From SAR92 bacterium BACL16 MAG-120619-bin48 (GTDB lineage: Bacteria > Pseudomonadota > Gammaproteobacteria > Pseudomonadales > Porticoccaceae), in NCBI GenBank assembly GCA_001438605.1, contig LIDE01000017.1, positions 1,513 through 65,512 on the forward strand: a DNA stretch of 64,000 bases, given 5' to 3'. The first letter of the stretch is position 1. Each line of letters begins with the position of its first letter. The position numbers and the translations under genes are program-made. Under the pieces are notes generated by a model that did no database searches, was not told where the DNA came from, and saw nothing but the letters and a program-made list of their open reading frames with translations. Of this stretch, positions 9,960 to 20,836 are shown in pieces.

Positions 9960-10580
9960 ATGAGTGACTATTTATCGATCCATCCAGAAAATCCCCAGCA
10001 GCGGCTGATTGCCAAGGCCGCCGAGATTGTCCGCAAAGGTGGTGTGATTGTTTATCCGACAGACTCAGTCTATGCCATCGGGTGTCATATTGGTGACAAA
10101 CAAGCCCTTGACCGTATTCGCGCCATTCGCCGCTTAGACAGCAATCACAACTTCACACTGATGTGTCGCGATCTTTCAGAGCTGTCTAGCTATGCCAAAG
10201 TTGAGAACAGTGCCTTTCGCGCGATCAAGGCAAGCACCCCAGGGCCATTTACATTTATCTTAAACGCAACCTCAGAAGTGCCGCGTCGTTTACAGCACCC
10301 CAAGCGCAAAACAGTCGGTTTGCGCGTGCCCAACAGCCCGATTGCGCAGGCATTATTGCAAGAGCTGGGCGAACCGATGATGAGCGTTACGCTGATTATG
10401 CCCGGCGACGAGTACCCCCTGACCGATCCCTACGACATTCGTCAGATTATGGAGCCCCATATCGATGTCTTTATCGATGGCGGCTACTGCGGTTTGGAGC
10501 CATCAACGGTGGTTGATATGACTGGCGCAGCCCCGGAAATTATCCGTCAGGGAATGGGCGATTTTTCCGTTTACCTATAA
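9960..10580 (+). CDS. yciO: Sua5/YwlC family YciO protein (threonylcarbamoyl-AMP synthase-like)
   Basis: VIVYPTDSVYAIGC, TPGPFTFIL, KRKTVGLRVP and STVVDMT motifs. Confidence 0.92.
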   Translation: MSDYLSIHPENPQQRLIAKAAEIVRKGGVIVYPTDSVYAIGCHIGDKQALDRIRAIRRLDSNHNFTLMCRDLSELSSYAKVENSAFRAIKASTPGPFTFILNATSEVPRRLQHPKRKTVGLRVPNSPIAQALLQELGEPMMSVTLIMPGDEYPLTDPYDIRQIMEPHIDVFIDGGYCGLEPSTVVDMTGAAPEIIRQGMGDFSVYL

Positions 10581-10642
10581 TCATGATGGCTACAGGCGCC
10601 ATTGTGGTTATAATTGCGCTCTACTGATTAATTGAGTTCAAC

Positions 10643-11560
10643 GTGGTTAACGAAGCTACCTCTGTCCAAGACGACATTCAAGGCGACATTCAAGGCGAGA
10701 ATAGAGCGCAAGAGCAGTCTGCGAGCCTCGCTGAGCAGAGCCTTGAGAGTCGCAAAGGTGCGCGCAAGCTGCGTCCCGAGCAAGAGGAAATGCCCTTCGC
10801 CATGGTCTTGGGGAAAGAGTATACGGTTCTGCCGAAGGACCTTTATATTCCGCCCGACGCACTTGAAGTGTTTCTTGAAGCATTCGAAGGCCCACTCGAC
10901 TTACTGCTGTATCTTATCCGCCGTCAAAATCTAGATATTCTCGATATCAACGTGGCCGAGATCACCCGTCAGTACATGGGTTACATCGAGCTGATGAGTA
11001 CCATACAGCTAGAATTAGCAGCAGAGTACTTGGTGATGGCCGCCATGTTAGCTGAAATCAAATCGCGCATGTTGCTGCCCCGTCAAGTCATGGAAGAAGA
11101 CGGTGAGGAAGATCCTCGGGCAGAACTTATCCGCCGCTTGCAAGAGTACGAGCGTTTCAAAAAAGCAGCGGATGATATTGACGAAATGCCCCGACTTGGG
11201 CGCGACATTCATCAGGCCTCAGCCGACGCGCCAGAGCGCAACCTTGAAGTGCAACATCCGCCAGTCGATATGCGCGAATTATTGGCGGCGCTTGGTGACG
11301 TGTTGCGCCGGGCAGAGATGTTTGAGCACCACCAAGTAGAGATGGAAAAACTCTCCACCAGAGAGCGCATGTCCGACGTGTTGCAGGCACTGCGCGGTCA
11401 ACAGTTTGTGCCGTTTGTGAGTCTATTTAAATTTTCAGAGGGAAAGCTCGGCGTAGTGGTCACCTTTTTGGCCATTATGGAACTGATTAAAGAGTCATTG
11501 GTGGAGATCGTGCAGAGCGAATCTTTTGGCCCAATACACGTAAAAGCAAGAGCATCATGA
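10643..11560 (+). CDS. scpA: Segregation and condensation protein A
   Basis: FEGPLDLLLYLI, AAEYLVMAAML and VVTFLAIMEL. Exact start uncertain. Confidence 0.92.
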   Translation: MVNEATSVQDDIQGDIQGENRAQEQSASLAEQSLESRKGARKLRPEQEEMPFAMVLGKEYTVLPKDLYIPPDALEVFLEAFEGPLDLLLYLIRRQNLDILDINVAEITRQYMGYIELMSTIQLELAAEYLVMAAMLAEIKSRMLLPRQVMEEDGEEDPRAELIRRLQEYERFKKAADDIDEMPRLGRDIHQASADAPERNLEVQHPPVDMRELLAALGDVLRRAEMFEHHQVEMEKLSTRERMSDVLQALRGQQFVPFVSLFKFSEGKLGVVVTFLAIMELIKESLVEIVQSESFGPIHVKARAS

Positions 11561-12285
11561 ATTCCGATTTAATTAAAAAAATTATTGAAGGCGCGTTGTT
11601 AGCCGCCGGAAAACCCCTCGACATCGCCAGACTTGAAGGTCTGTTCGAAGATGAAGAGCGCCCGCCGCGCGATCAAATTGGCGCAGCCCTCGAAGAAATT
11701 GAAGCAGAGTGCCGAGACCGTGGCTTTGAGTTAATGCAGACCGCCAGCGGCTATCGCTTTCAAGTGCGCCAAGAACTCTCTACCTGGATAAATCGACTCT
11801 GGACTGAAAAGCCAAAGCGTTACTCCCGCGCCATGCTAGAAACCTTGGCCCTAATCGCCTATCGGCAGCCACTCACTCGCGGTGATATCGAACAGGTGCG
11901 AGGCGTTGCGGTAAGTTCAGACACCATAAAAACATTGCAAGAGCGCGACTGGGTCCGTGTGGTTGGCTATCGCGATGTGCCTGGCAAACCCTCGCTCTAC
12001 GCCACCACAAAAACGTTCCTCGACTATTTCAATATCAAAAGTCTGCAGCAACTGCCTGCCCTCAGCGAGATCAAAGATTTTTCAGAGCTCGATCCAGAGC
12101 TTGAGCTGGCTTTAACAAACGGCATGGACAAAGAAGCGCTTGCGCGCGTCGCAGCCAATGATGAGATTACCGTTAGCGACGATCTCGCCCCCGAACATTT
12201 TAGTCTCCAAAGCGAAAGCGATGGTGACGACGCCTCCGACACACTGGACAACGACGACTTACAGAGCAGCACCAACCATGAGTGA
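11557..12285 (+). CDS. scpB: Segregation and condensation protein B
   Basis: IIEGALLAA, LETLALIAYRQPLTRGDIE and YATTKTFLDYF. Confidence 0.93.
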   Translation: MNSDLIKKIIEGALLAAGKPLDIARLEGLFEDEERPPRDQIGAALEEIEAECRDRGFELMQTASGYRFQVRQELSTWINRLWTEKPKRYSRAMLETLALIAYRQPLTRGDIEQVRGVAVSSDTIKTLQERDWVRVVGYRDVPGKPSLYATTKTFLDYFNIKSLQQLPALSEIKDFSELDPELELALTNGMDKEALARVAANDEITVSDDLAPEHFSLQSESDGDDASDTLDNDDLQSSTNHE

Positions 12286-13114
12286 AAAACTACAAAAAGT
12301 GCTAGCCACAGCGGGATTGGGATCTCGTCGTGAACTTGAAAAATGGATTTCAGCAGGCCGCGTTTCAGTCAACGGCTCAGTCGCCAAGCTCGGCGATCGA
12401 GCCGAGTCCGACGACCGTATCCTCGTCGATGGCCGCCCCGTCAATATAGTCACCGACGAAACCCCGCGCGTGCTCATGTACAGCAAGCCAGAGGGCGAAG
12501 TGTGCACGACATCAGACCCCGATGGTCGGCCAACGGTTTTCGACCGTTTGCCAAGCCTCAGTAGAGGTCGTTGGATTGCAATTGGGCGCCTCGACATCAA
12601 CACCAGCGGACTCCTGCTGTTCACCAACCACGGAGAGCTGGCCAACCGCTTGATGCACCCCTCATACGAAGTAAAGCGCGAATATATGGCGCGCATCCAC
12701 GGTACAGTTGACGAAGCCATGATTAAACGGCTGACCGAGGGCGTGCTGTTAGAAGACGGCGTTGCGCGTTTCCAGTCGGTGAAAGCTCAGCATGCGCGTG
12801 GTGAGCACGACGAAGGCGGCAGCAATCGCTGGTTCAGAGTGATCCTAGCAGAAGGGCGCACCCGAGAAGTGCGGCGTCTGTGGGAATCTCAAGATGTGGA
12901 AGTCAACCGACTCAAGCGAATTAGCTACGGGCCTATCGATTTGCCATCCATTGTACGCAGCTCCGACTTTATCGAATTAGACCCTAAGCAAGTTATTTCC
13001 CTGTTTCACGCGGTCAACTTGCGCGCGCCGAGAATTAGCGAGAAGAGTGTGGTGCGAGAAATGCGTGAGCGCAAAGAGAAAAAATTGCGTGCCCGCGGCA
13101 ACACCTATAAATAA
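12278..13114 (+). CDS. rluB: 23S rRNA pseudouridine synthase B
   Basis: MSEKLQKVLA S4 domain and GRLDINTSGLLL. ATG at 12278 overlaps the scpB stop (ATGAGTGA). Confidence 0.92.
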   Translation: MSEKLQKVLATAGLGSRRELEKWISAGRVSVNGSVAKLGDRAESDDRILVDGRPVNIVTDETPRVLMYSKPEGEVCTTSDPDGRPTVFDRLPSLSRGRWIAIGRLDINTSGLLLFTNHGELANRLMHPSYEVKREYMARIHGTVDEAMIKRLTEGVLLEDGVARFQSVKAQHARGEHDEGGSNRWFRVILAEGRTREVRRLWESQDVEVNRLKRISYGPIDLPSIVRSSDFIELDPKQVISLFHAVNLRAPRISEKSVVREMRERKEKKLRARGNTYK

Positions 13115-13237
13115 AGATTTTCCGCTGTAACGCTTATGAATAGGCCTTGAGAGGAGCGTTTGAGAAGAGCCTCTTAACAGCCCTTTCTTATCCTGCCTAG
13201 AGTCAGCACAGTCAAGCCAGCAAAGTCGCGGCCGCAG

Positions 13238-14005
13238 TTAGCGGCGCGGCTGAGCGTCAATTGACTGACCATTAACCGCTTTACTATCACCACCCAACAG
13301 ATAGAGATACGTCGGCATAATCTCTGCCGCTGTGACCAAACTGTTTGGATCTTCCGCTGGAAAAGCCTGCATCCGCATACCCGTGCGCGTTGCCCCAGGA
13401 TTGATGCAGTTGACGCGCACAGGCCCCACGCCATCGAGCTCTGCGGCCCACACCTGCACCATGCCCTCCACCGCAAACTTGGAAACCGCATAGGCGCCCC
13501 AAAACGCACGACCCACGCGACCCACCCCAGACGATGTAAAAATCACCGACGCATCATCCGATTGCTCCAGAGCAGGCATCAGCGCCTGCGTCATTTGGAA
13601 GCCAGCCGTGACATTGACCTTCAGTACCTTATCCCACACATCGTCGCGATAGTTACTGAGCGGCGTGCGCTGTCCCAAAATCCCCGCATTGTGCAGCAGC
13701 CCGTCGAGACGACCAAACTGCTCACTAATATGCCCACAGAGTTCATCGTAGTCATCGCGAGTCGCGCCCATTAAATCAATCGGATAAATCACAGGCTCGG
13801 GCGCCCCCGCAGCAACAATTTGGTCGTAGACCTTCTCCAATTTCGCCACCGTGCGACCCGCCAAAATAACCGTTGCACCGTGTGCTGATGCACTGAGCGC
13901 GGCCGCTTTGCCAATACCGTCACCGGCGCCGGTGATCAGAATAACGCGACCCATCAACAAAGTGGCTGACGGCTGGTAAGCTGCAATTTCGATGGCTGAT
14001 AACAT
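13238..14005 (-). CDS. yciK: YciK family short-chain oxidoreductase
   Basis: TGAGDGIG, LLHNAGILG, YAVSK and NPGATRTGMR. Confidence 0.88.
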   Translation of the reverse strand: MLSAIEIAAYQPSATLLMGRVILITGAGDGIGKAAALSASAHGATVILAGRTVAKLEKVYDQIVAAGAPEPVIYPIDLMGATRDDYDELCGHISEQFGRLDGLLHNAGILGQRTPLSNYRDDVWDKVLKVNVTAGFQMTQALMPALEQSDDASVIFTSSGVGRVGRAFWGAYAVSKFAVEGMVQVWAAELDGVGPVRVNCINPGATRTGMRMQAFPAEDPNSLVTAAEIMPTYLYLLGGDSKAVNGQSIDAQPRR

Positions 14006-14074
14006 AGGTGGCTGCTCTTAAAATAGGCGTCGATAAACAATAAGTGTAAAAGGACAGATGCTAAAAGATAAGGG

Positions 14075-14731
14075 TTAAAACAAGAGTGAGTGCAACTGAT
14101 TAGACTGATTCACAATCCAATCAGCCCGCCAACCGACAATATCTTCGCCCGGCTCAATATAGCCCCAAGCGGCAGCAATATTGCGTGTGCCCGCTGCGCG
14201 GCCAGCCTCGATATCGCGCACATGGTCGCCCACATAAAGACAGTCACTCGGTGCGATAGAAATTTGCTGGCAGGCCAACAGAATCGCCTCAGGGTGCGGT
14301 TTTGGTTGCTTGACATGATCTGGACAAATCACTGTTGCGGCACCGGCCATCAAGTTCAATTGAGCTAGCGCAGCCTCCGTGTACTTCCACGGTTTGTTGG
14401 TCACGATGCCCCAGGGAATACCGCGAGCATCGCACTCGCTGAGCACTTGCTCCAGTCCGTCGAATAGCGCTGTTTTATCGGCCAGATTGGCAAAATAGAG
14501 GCTTAAAAATTCTTCCCGCAAAATCTCGAACTGTGGATGCTCGGGAGTGATGCCAAAGGCATCTTGAATTAAGCCAACCGAGCCATTTGTGACACTTGTA
14601 CGCACCGCAGAATCGGGCAGGGCGGCGCGGCCATGGCGCGCCAGTTGGATATTTAATGCGCTGATAAAGTCCGGCGCGGTGTCTAGTAGGGTGCCATCTA
14701 AATCAAATAGCAAAGCCTTGAAATCAAGCAT
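14075..14731 (-). CDS. gph: HAD hydrolase (phosphoglycolate phosphatase / MupP-like)
   Basis: DLDGTLLD, KPHP and VGDHxRD motifs; conserved position next to ubiG. Confidence 0.8.
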   Translation of the reverse strand: MLDFKALLFDLDGTLLDTAPDFISALNIQLARHGRAALPDSAVRTSVTNGSVGLIQDAFGITPEHPQFEILREEFLSLYFANLADKTALFDGLEQVLSECDARGIPWGIVTNKPWKYTEAALAQLNLMAGAATVICPDHVKQPKPHPEAILLACQQISIAPSDCLYVGDHVRDIEAGRAAGTRNIAAAWGYIEPGEDIVGWRADWIVNQSNQLHSLLF

Positions 14732-14755
14732 GAAAAATATCCGTCGGTCAGGCGT

Positions 14756-15481
14756 TTAGGCGGGTTTACGCGCACAAATCATATAGTTAACGTCCACGTC
14801 GGACTCGGTCAGGCGATAGGTCTTGGTCAAAGGGTTGTAGGTCAACCCCGTCATCTGATCAATCTCCAATCCCGCCTCACGAATCCACTTTCCCAACTCG
14901 GCAGGGCGGATAAACTTGCTGTATTCATGGGTGCCTTTTGGCAGCATACGCAAAATATATTCGACGCCAATCACCGCCAGCAGGTATGACTTAGGATTGC
15001 GATTAATGGTTGAAAAGAACACCGTACCGCCAGGCTTGGTCATCGCCGCACAGGCGTGAACCACAGAGCTGGGGTCGGGGACATGCTCCAGCATCTCCAA
15101 GCACGTGACAATATCAAAGTGCTCGGCATGGTCTTCAGCAAACGCCTCCGCTGTGGATTTTTGGTAGTTTACCGACACGCCAGATTCAAGACCGTGCAAT
15201 TTACCCACCGCCAGTGGTGCCTCGCCCATATCAATGCCCGTGACATTCGCGCCGCGCTGAGCCATGGCCTCACACAGAATGCCGCCACCGCAGCCGACAT
15301 CCAGCACCGTCTGTTCAGCGACTGGCGCCAGTTGATCTATCCAGTTGGCGCGCAGCGGGTTGATATCGTGCAGCGGCTTGAACTCGCTGTTGCGGTCCCA
15401 CCAGCGACTGGCAAGCGCTTCAAATTTGGCCACTTCACTGGGGTCGACATTTTGCTTGGATGTGCTTTCACTGTGAGACAT
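14756..15481 (-). CDS. ubiG: Ubiquinone biosynthesis O-methyltransferase
   Basis: [21 protein letters not shown] and EMLEHVPDP. Confidence 0.95.
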   Translation of the reverse strand: MSHSESTSKQNVDPSEVAKFEALASRWWDRNSEFKPLHDINPLRANWIDQLAPVAEQTVLDVGCGGGILCEAMAQRGANVTGIDMGEAPLAVGKLHGLESGVSVNYQKSTAEAFAEDHAEHFDIVTCLEMLEHVPDPSSVVHACAAMTKPGGTVFFSTINRNPKSYLLAVIGVEYILRMLPKGTHEYSKFIRPAELGKWIREAGLEIDQMTGLTYNPLTKTYRLTESDVDVNYMICARKPA

Positions 15482-15494
15482 AGTGGATTACTAC

Positions 15495-16826
15495 CTAAGG
15501 CTGTGGGTCAGGGCTAATCTGATCGCGCCACTCATCGGCCATACGCATCAGTTTTTCTTCGTTTAGAGTGAGCAATTGACGGTCGCTCATAAGTGCTCTT
15601 CCGGCTACCCAGCTGTGGGTTACCTGGCTGCCAGAATTGGTGTAGACCAATTGCGACGCCGGATTATACAGCGGTTTTTGGCTTAGCGAGTTGATTTCCA
15701 CGGCAATAATATCGGCGGACTTACCCGCCTCAAGGCTACCGATTTGATCTTGCCAGCCAAGGGCTTTCGCACCGCTGATCGTCGCCATTCTAATCGCCTG
15801 ATGAGCGTTGAGCGCAGCGGCATTCCCGGAAACCACTTTGGCCAACAGGGCGGCTGTTTTCAGCTCACCGAACAGGTCTAAATCGTTGTTGCTCGCGGCG
15901 CCGTCCGTGCCAATCGCGACATTAATACCCGCATCGAGAAGTTTCGCAACGGGGCAAAATCCACTGGCAAGTTTCATGTTCGATTCGGGGCAGTGGACAA
16001 CGTGACAGTTATTGTCCTTCACCAGCTTGATATCCTGATCATCCATCTGCGTCATGTGCACCAGCTGGGTTTGCGGCAGCAGAATACCAAGGTCGTCCAA
16101 CCGCTGCAGAGGCCGACAGCTGTACAAATGCAGTGAGTCGCTAACCTCTTTAGCGGTTTCGTGGCAGTGAATATGCACCGCCATATCCAACTCATTGGCA
16201 AAAGTCGCAATGCGCCGCAGTGTCGCATCACCCACGGTATACGGGGCGTGCGGCGCGCAAGCAATCTTGATCAGGTCGTTATCTTTGTAGAGATCGCGCA
16301 GTTGCAGGCCTTTGTGAATATAGTCGTCAGCATCTTTGCCGCCCGCCGTGGGGAAGTCGAAAACAGTAAAGCCAATTTGGCTGCGAATACCGCTGATGCG
16401 GATTTGTTCAGCGGCATCCTCCGCAAAAAAGTACATGTCGGCAAAACAGGTCGTGCCGGTTTTGATCATTTCAGCGATAGCCAGCGCGGTACCATCGCGC
16501 ACAAATTTTTCGCTCAGAAAGCGCGATTCAGCCGGCCAGATATGCTCCTCCAGCCAAGACTCAGGGGGCAAGTCATCGGCAAAGCCGCGCAATAGGCTCA
16601 TCGCCGCGTGACCGTGAGCATTAACCAGACCCGGCATCAATATATGGTCGGCCAAATCCACCACCGAGGCCGGCGCAAAGCGAGTGGCCGCCTCCGCCTG
16701 CGGATAGATACCGACAATGCTTTTCTGATCAATTGCCAACGCGCAATTCTCGAACACGCTGTCCTCTGGAACAACCGGAATAATCCAGCGGCTATTGATC
16801 AGTAAATCGATTTTTATGGGCTGCAT
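15495..16826 (-). CDS. mtaD: TRZ/ATZ amidohydrolase (MTA/SAH deaminase-like)
   Basis: PGLVNAHGH, PHAPY, HIHCHET, HCPESNMKLASG and GTDGAASNN. Confidence 0.8.
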   Translation of the reverse strand: MQPIKIDLLINSRWIIPVVPEDSVFENCALAIDQKSIVGIYPQAEAATRFAPASVVDLADHILMPGLVNAHGHAAMSLLRGFADDLPPESWLEEHIWPAESRFLSEKFVRDGTALAIAEMIKTGTTCFADMYFFAEDAAEQIRISGIRSQIGFTVFDFPTAGGKDADDYIHKGLQLRDLYKDNDLIKIACAPHAPYTVGDATLRRIATFANELDMAVHIHCHETAKEVSDSLHLYSCRPLQRLDDLGILLPQTQLVHMTQMDDQDIKLVKDNNCHVVHCPESNMKLASGFCPVAKLLDAGINVAIGTDGAASNNDLDLFGELKTAALLAKVVSGNAAALNAHQAIRMATISGAKALGWQDQIGSLEAGKSADIIAVEINSLSQKPLYNPASQLVYTNSGSQVTHSWVAGRALMSDRQLLTLNEEKLMRMADEWRDQISPDPQP

Positions 16827-17091
16827 GGAGCCTCCTTCGCGAGTGTCGGGAGTATAACCACTTTTTACGCTGGTTTAAGCATTACAGTGACTTTCAGGGC
16901 AATAAAAGCGACCCACTGTGGGGATATATATGGTAATATTTCGACCTTTAAAAGGGCTACTTTTTAAGCCTATTGGCATGTCGCAACGGCTGCTCTTTAG
17001 TAGTTGTAGTACTTGCAGCTAGTACTTGCAGCCGAGCACTAGCAGCGCACGTCAGTCAACCGCAATAAAAACCAAGGTACAGTAGAGATTT

Positions 17092-19698
17092 ATGGGTGAT
17101 TTAGCGAAAGAAATTGTTCCAGTAAATATTGAAGACGAGCTCAAACAGTCTTACTTAGCCTACGCCATGAGCGTGATTGTTGGACGTGCATTGCCCGACG
17201 TCCGCGATGGTCTCAAACCGGTTCACCGTCGCGCGCTGTTTGCCATGCGAGAGCTCGGCAACGACTGGAATAAAGCCTACAAAAAATCTGCCCGTGTGGT
17301 GGGTGACGTTATCGGTAAATACCACCCTCACGGTGACTCCGCCGTTTATGAAACCATTGTTCGCATGGCTCAGCCTTTCTCGCTGCGCTACATGCTAGTC
17401 GATGGTCAGGGTAACTTCGGTTCCGTCGACGGCGACTCTGCGGCCGCCATGCGTTACACCGAAATCCGCATGACCAAGATCGCCCACGCGCTGATTGAAG
17501 ACTTGGAAAAAGACACGGTTGACTTCGTCCCCAACTACGACGAGACAGAACAAATACCCGTGGTAATGCCGACACGCATCCCCAATTTGCTGGTCAACGG
17601 ATCCTCGGGCATCGCCGTAGGTATGGCCACCAACATCCCGCCGCATAATCTTACTGAAGTGGTAAAAGGTTGTTTGGCAATGATCGAAAATCCAGAGATC
17701 ACTGTCGACGAGCTGATGGAATATATTCCCGGCCCCGACTTTCCCACTGGCGCAATCATCAACGGTCGAGCAGGCATTATTCAAGCCTACCGCACCGGCC
17801 GAGGACGCATCTATGTGCGCGCCAAAGCCACAGTTGAAGTCGATGAAAAGACCCGTCGCGAAACCATTATCATCACCGAAATTCCGTATCAGCTGAACAA
17901 AGCGCGTTTGATCGAGCGCATCGCTGAACTGGTAAAAGAGAAAAAGATTGAAGGTATCTCCGAGCTGCGCGATGAGTCTGACAAAGACGGTCTGCGCGTG
18001 GTCATTGAAATCAAGCGCGGCGAAATGGGCGAAGTGGTGCTCAACAACCTATTTGCACAGACCCAGCTGCAAAGCGTGTTTGGTATTAACGTAGTAGCCC
18101 TTGTGGACGGCCAGCCCAAGATCCTCAATCTGCAACAGCTGATCAAAGCGTTTTTGCGCCACCGCCGCGAAGTGGTTACGCGCCGCACGATTTACCTCTT
18201 AAAGAAAGCCCGTGAGCGCGCCCACACATTGGAAGGCTTCGCTATTGCGCTGACCAATATCGACGAAATTATTGCCCTAATCAAACAGTCTCCGACCGCT
18301 GCCGACGCCCGCGAAGCCCTTGTAGCCCGCGGCTGGAACCCAGGCAGTGTGGTGCAAATGCTCGAGCGCGCCGGTTCCTCGGCCACCCGTCCAGAGTGGT
18401 TGGAAGAGCAGTACGGGTTGCGCGACGGCAAGTACTACCTGTCACCCGAGCAGGCCAAAGAAATTCTCGAGCTTCGTCTACACCGCCTGACCGGCATGGA
18501 ACACGACAAGATTATTGAAGAGTTCGCGCTGAAATTAGAAGAGATTGCCGAGTATCAGGATATTTTGGCCGACCTAACCCGTTTGATGGGTGTGATTCGC
18601 GAAGAGCTCGAAGCCGTCATCACTGAATTTGGCGATGTCCGCCGCACAGAGATTATTGAATCGCAGCACGACCTCACCGTCGAAGATTTAATCACCGAAG
18701 AAGACCGCGTCGTGACCATTTCCCACGGTGGCTACGCCAAAACTCAGCCACTCAGCGACTACCAAGCGCAGCGTCGCGGCGGTATGGGCAAATCCGCGAC
18801 AGCGGTTAAAGATGAAGATTTTGTTGAGCACCTGCTCGTTGCCAGCACCCACGCCACCATTCTCTGCTTTACCAATTTAGGCAAAGTGTATTGGCTCAAG
18901 GTCTACCAGATTCCCGTTGCTGGCCGCAATTCGCGCGGCCGCCCCGTGGTCAACTTACTGCCGTTAGACGAAGGCGAGCGCATTAGCTCCATTCTGCCCG
19001 TCGAAGACTACAGCGCCGATAAGTTTGTCATCATGGCCACCGCCAACGGCACCGTTAAGAAAACCTCGCTCGACCAGTACTCACGGCCGCGCAGCGTCGG
19101 CTTGCGGGCTGTCGATCTGGCTGACGGAGATCATCTGGTTGGCACCGCCATTATTGATGGCAGCAAGGACATTATGCTGTTTAGCAGCGAAGGCAAGGCC
19201 GTGCGTTTCTCTGAAACTGACGTTCGCGCCATGGGTCGCGTCTCCACCGGTGTGCGCGGCATGCGCTTGTCTCAAGAGCACAAAGTGATCTCCATGGTTG
19301 TGCCAGAAGAAGACGGCTTCCTGCTCACAGTTTGTGAAAACGGTTATGGCAAACGCACCAAAGTGACCGAATTCCCAACCAAAGGCCGCGGCGGCAAAGG
19401 CATGATCGCCATCCAAGCAAGCGATCGAAACGGCCCACTTGTAGGCGCAACCCAGCTGTTCTCTGGCGACGAGATCATGCTTATTTCAGATCAGGGCACC
19501 ATGGTGAGAACCCGCGGAGACGAAGTTTCCGTGGTTGGCCGCAACACCCAAGGTGTGCGCATTATTCGTTTAAAGGACAGCGAAAATTTAGTGAGTTTGG
19601 CGCGTATCGCCGAGCCAGAAGAAGAGTTACCTTCAGAAGATGCTTTGGCCGGAGAAATTGCTGATGACGCGACACCAGCCGATGGCTCTGAAGAATAG
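17092..19698 (+). CDS. gyrA: DNA gyrase subunit A
   Basis: [17 protein letters not shown] and GyrA-box QRRGGMG. Confidence 0.98.
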   Translation: MGDLAKEIVPVNIEDELKQSYLAYAMSVIVGRALPDVRDGLKPVHRRALFAMRELGNDWNKAYKKSARVVGDVIGKYHPHGDSAVYETIVRMAQPFSLRYMLVDGQGNFGSVDGDSAAAMRYTEIRMTKIAHALIEDLEKDTVDFVPNYDETEQIPVVMPTRIPNLLVNGSSGIAVGMATNIPPHNLTEVVKGCLAMIENPEITVDELMEYIPGPDFPTGAIINGRAGIIQAYRTGRGRIYVRAKATVEVDEKTRRETIIITEIPYQLNKARLIERIAELVKEKKIEGISELRDESDKDGLRVVIEIKRGEMGEVVLNNLFAQTQLQSVFGINVVALVDGQPKILNLQQLIKAFLRHRREVVTRRTIYLLKKARERAHTLEGFAIALTNIDEIIALIKQSPTAADAREALVARGWNPGSVVQMLERAGSSATRPEWLEEQYGLRDGKYYLSPEQAKEILELRLHRLTGMEHDKIIEEFALKLEEIAEYQDILADLTRLMGVIREELEAVITEFGDVRRTEIIESQHDLTVEDLITEEDRVVTISHGGYAKTQPLSDYQAQRRGGMGKSATAVKDEDFVEHLLVASTHATILCFTNLGKVYWLKVYQIPVAGRNSRGRPVVNLLPLDEGERISSILPVEDYSADKFVIMATANGTVKKTSLDQYSRPRSVGLRAVDLADGDHLVGTAIIDGSKDIMLFSSEGKAVRFSETDVRAMGRVSTGVRGMRLSQEHKVISMVVPEEDGFLLTVCENGYGKRTKVTEFPTKGRGGKGMIAIQASDRNGPLVGATQLFSGDEIMLISDQGTMVRTRGDEVSVVGRNTQGVRIIRLKDSENLVSLARIAEPEEELPSEDALAGEIADDATPADGSEE

Positions 19699-19712
19699 AT
19701 TAAAGGTGCAAC

Positions 19713-20798
19713 ATGGCTGACAAAAACCCACTCCTTGAGCTGAGAAAGCAGATAGATGCCCTCGACCAGCAGATTATGGAAGGCATCAGCGCTCGCGCAC
19801 GCTGCGCGCAACAGGTAGCTCTGGTTAAAAAAGGGCAGGGCGACACCGCCTACTACCGTCCGGAGCGCGAAGCACAGGTGCTGCGCTCGGTCATGGAAAA
19901 GAATACCGGGCCCCTCGACAACGAAGTAATGGCACGCTTATTCCGACAGATTATGTCTGCCTGTTTGGCTCTTGAACAGCCCATTAAAGTTGCCTTTCTG
20001 GGGCCCGAAGGCACCTTCACCCAAGCAGCCGCCCTCAAGCATTTCGGCGACTGCGCGATTACCGTGCCGAAAACAGCCATCGACGACGTCTTTCGAGATG
20101 TTCTCGCCGGTTCTTGTAACTACGGCGTTGTGCCCATCGAAAACTCAACCGAAGGCGTGATTAATCACACCCTCGACAGCTTTATCGATTCCTCCGTCAA
20201 GATTTGTGGTGAAGTTGAACTGCGCATTCACCACCACTTTATGATTGGCCCCAACACCAATAAGAACACCATTACCCGTGTCTACTCCCACGCCCAGTCG
20301 CTCGCCCAGTGCCGCAAGTGGCTCGACGCCAATTACCCCAGTATCGAGCGCGTCGCCGTCAGCAGCAATGCCGAAGCAGCGCGTCGGGTCAAAGGAGAGT
20401 GGAACTCGGCAGCCATCGCTGGCGACATGTCCTGTGAGCTCTACGAACTCGAAAAGCTCTATGAAAAAATTGAAGATCGCCCCGACAACTCCACCCGATT
20501 TTTAATTATTGGCAATGATTACGTCGCCCCCAGCGGTGACGACAAAACATCTATTGTGGTGTCCGTGCACAACAAACCGGGTGCCCTGCACGATTTGCTC
20601 GAACCTTTCAGACGCCACAACCTCGATATGACCCGACTGGAATCGCGCCCCTCGCGCACCAGCAAATGGTCATATGTGTTCTTTATCGACTTTGCCGGAC
20701 ATTTGGAAAATCCCGCCGCCATCAAAGTGCTCGAAGAGTTGACCGCACAGGTCGTCGACATCAAGATCTTAGGCTCCTATCCTCGCGGCGTGCTCTAA
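19713..20798 (+). CDS. pheA: Chorismate mutase/prephenate dehydratase
   Basis: LRKQIDALD, FLGPEGTF, PIENSTEG, NSTRF and ACT domain LESRPS. Confidence 0.95.
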   Translation: MADKNPLLELRKQIDALDQQIMEGISARARCAQQVALVKKGQGDTAYYRPEREAQVLRSVMEKNTGPLDNEVMARLFRQIMSACLALEQPIKVAFLGPEGTFTQAAALKHFGDCAITVPKTAIDDVFRDVLAGSCNYGVVPIENSTEGVINHTLDSFIDSSVKICGEVELRIHHHFMIGPNTNKNTITRVYSHAQSLAQCRKWLDANYPSIERVAVSSNAEAARRVKGEWNSAAIAGDMSCELYELEKLYEKIEDRPDNSTRFLIIGNDYVAPSGDDKTSIVVSVHNKPGALHDLLEPFRRHNLDMTRLESRPSRTSKWSYVFFIDFAGHLENPAAIKVLEELTAQVVDIKILGSYPRGVL

Positions 20799-20836
20799 GT
20801 GAGCCCGCTACCCATTTAAATTAAAGTGAAGTGCTG

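Noticed and set aside
17320-17360. GyrA QRDR variant (GDSAVYE, Glu at E. coli position 87)
   Set aside because: Ser83 is intact and Glu87 is a common natural variant, so it is not evidence of resistance.
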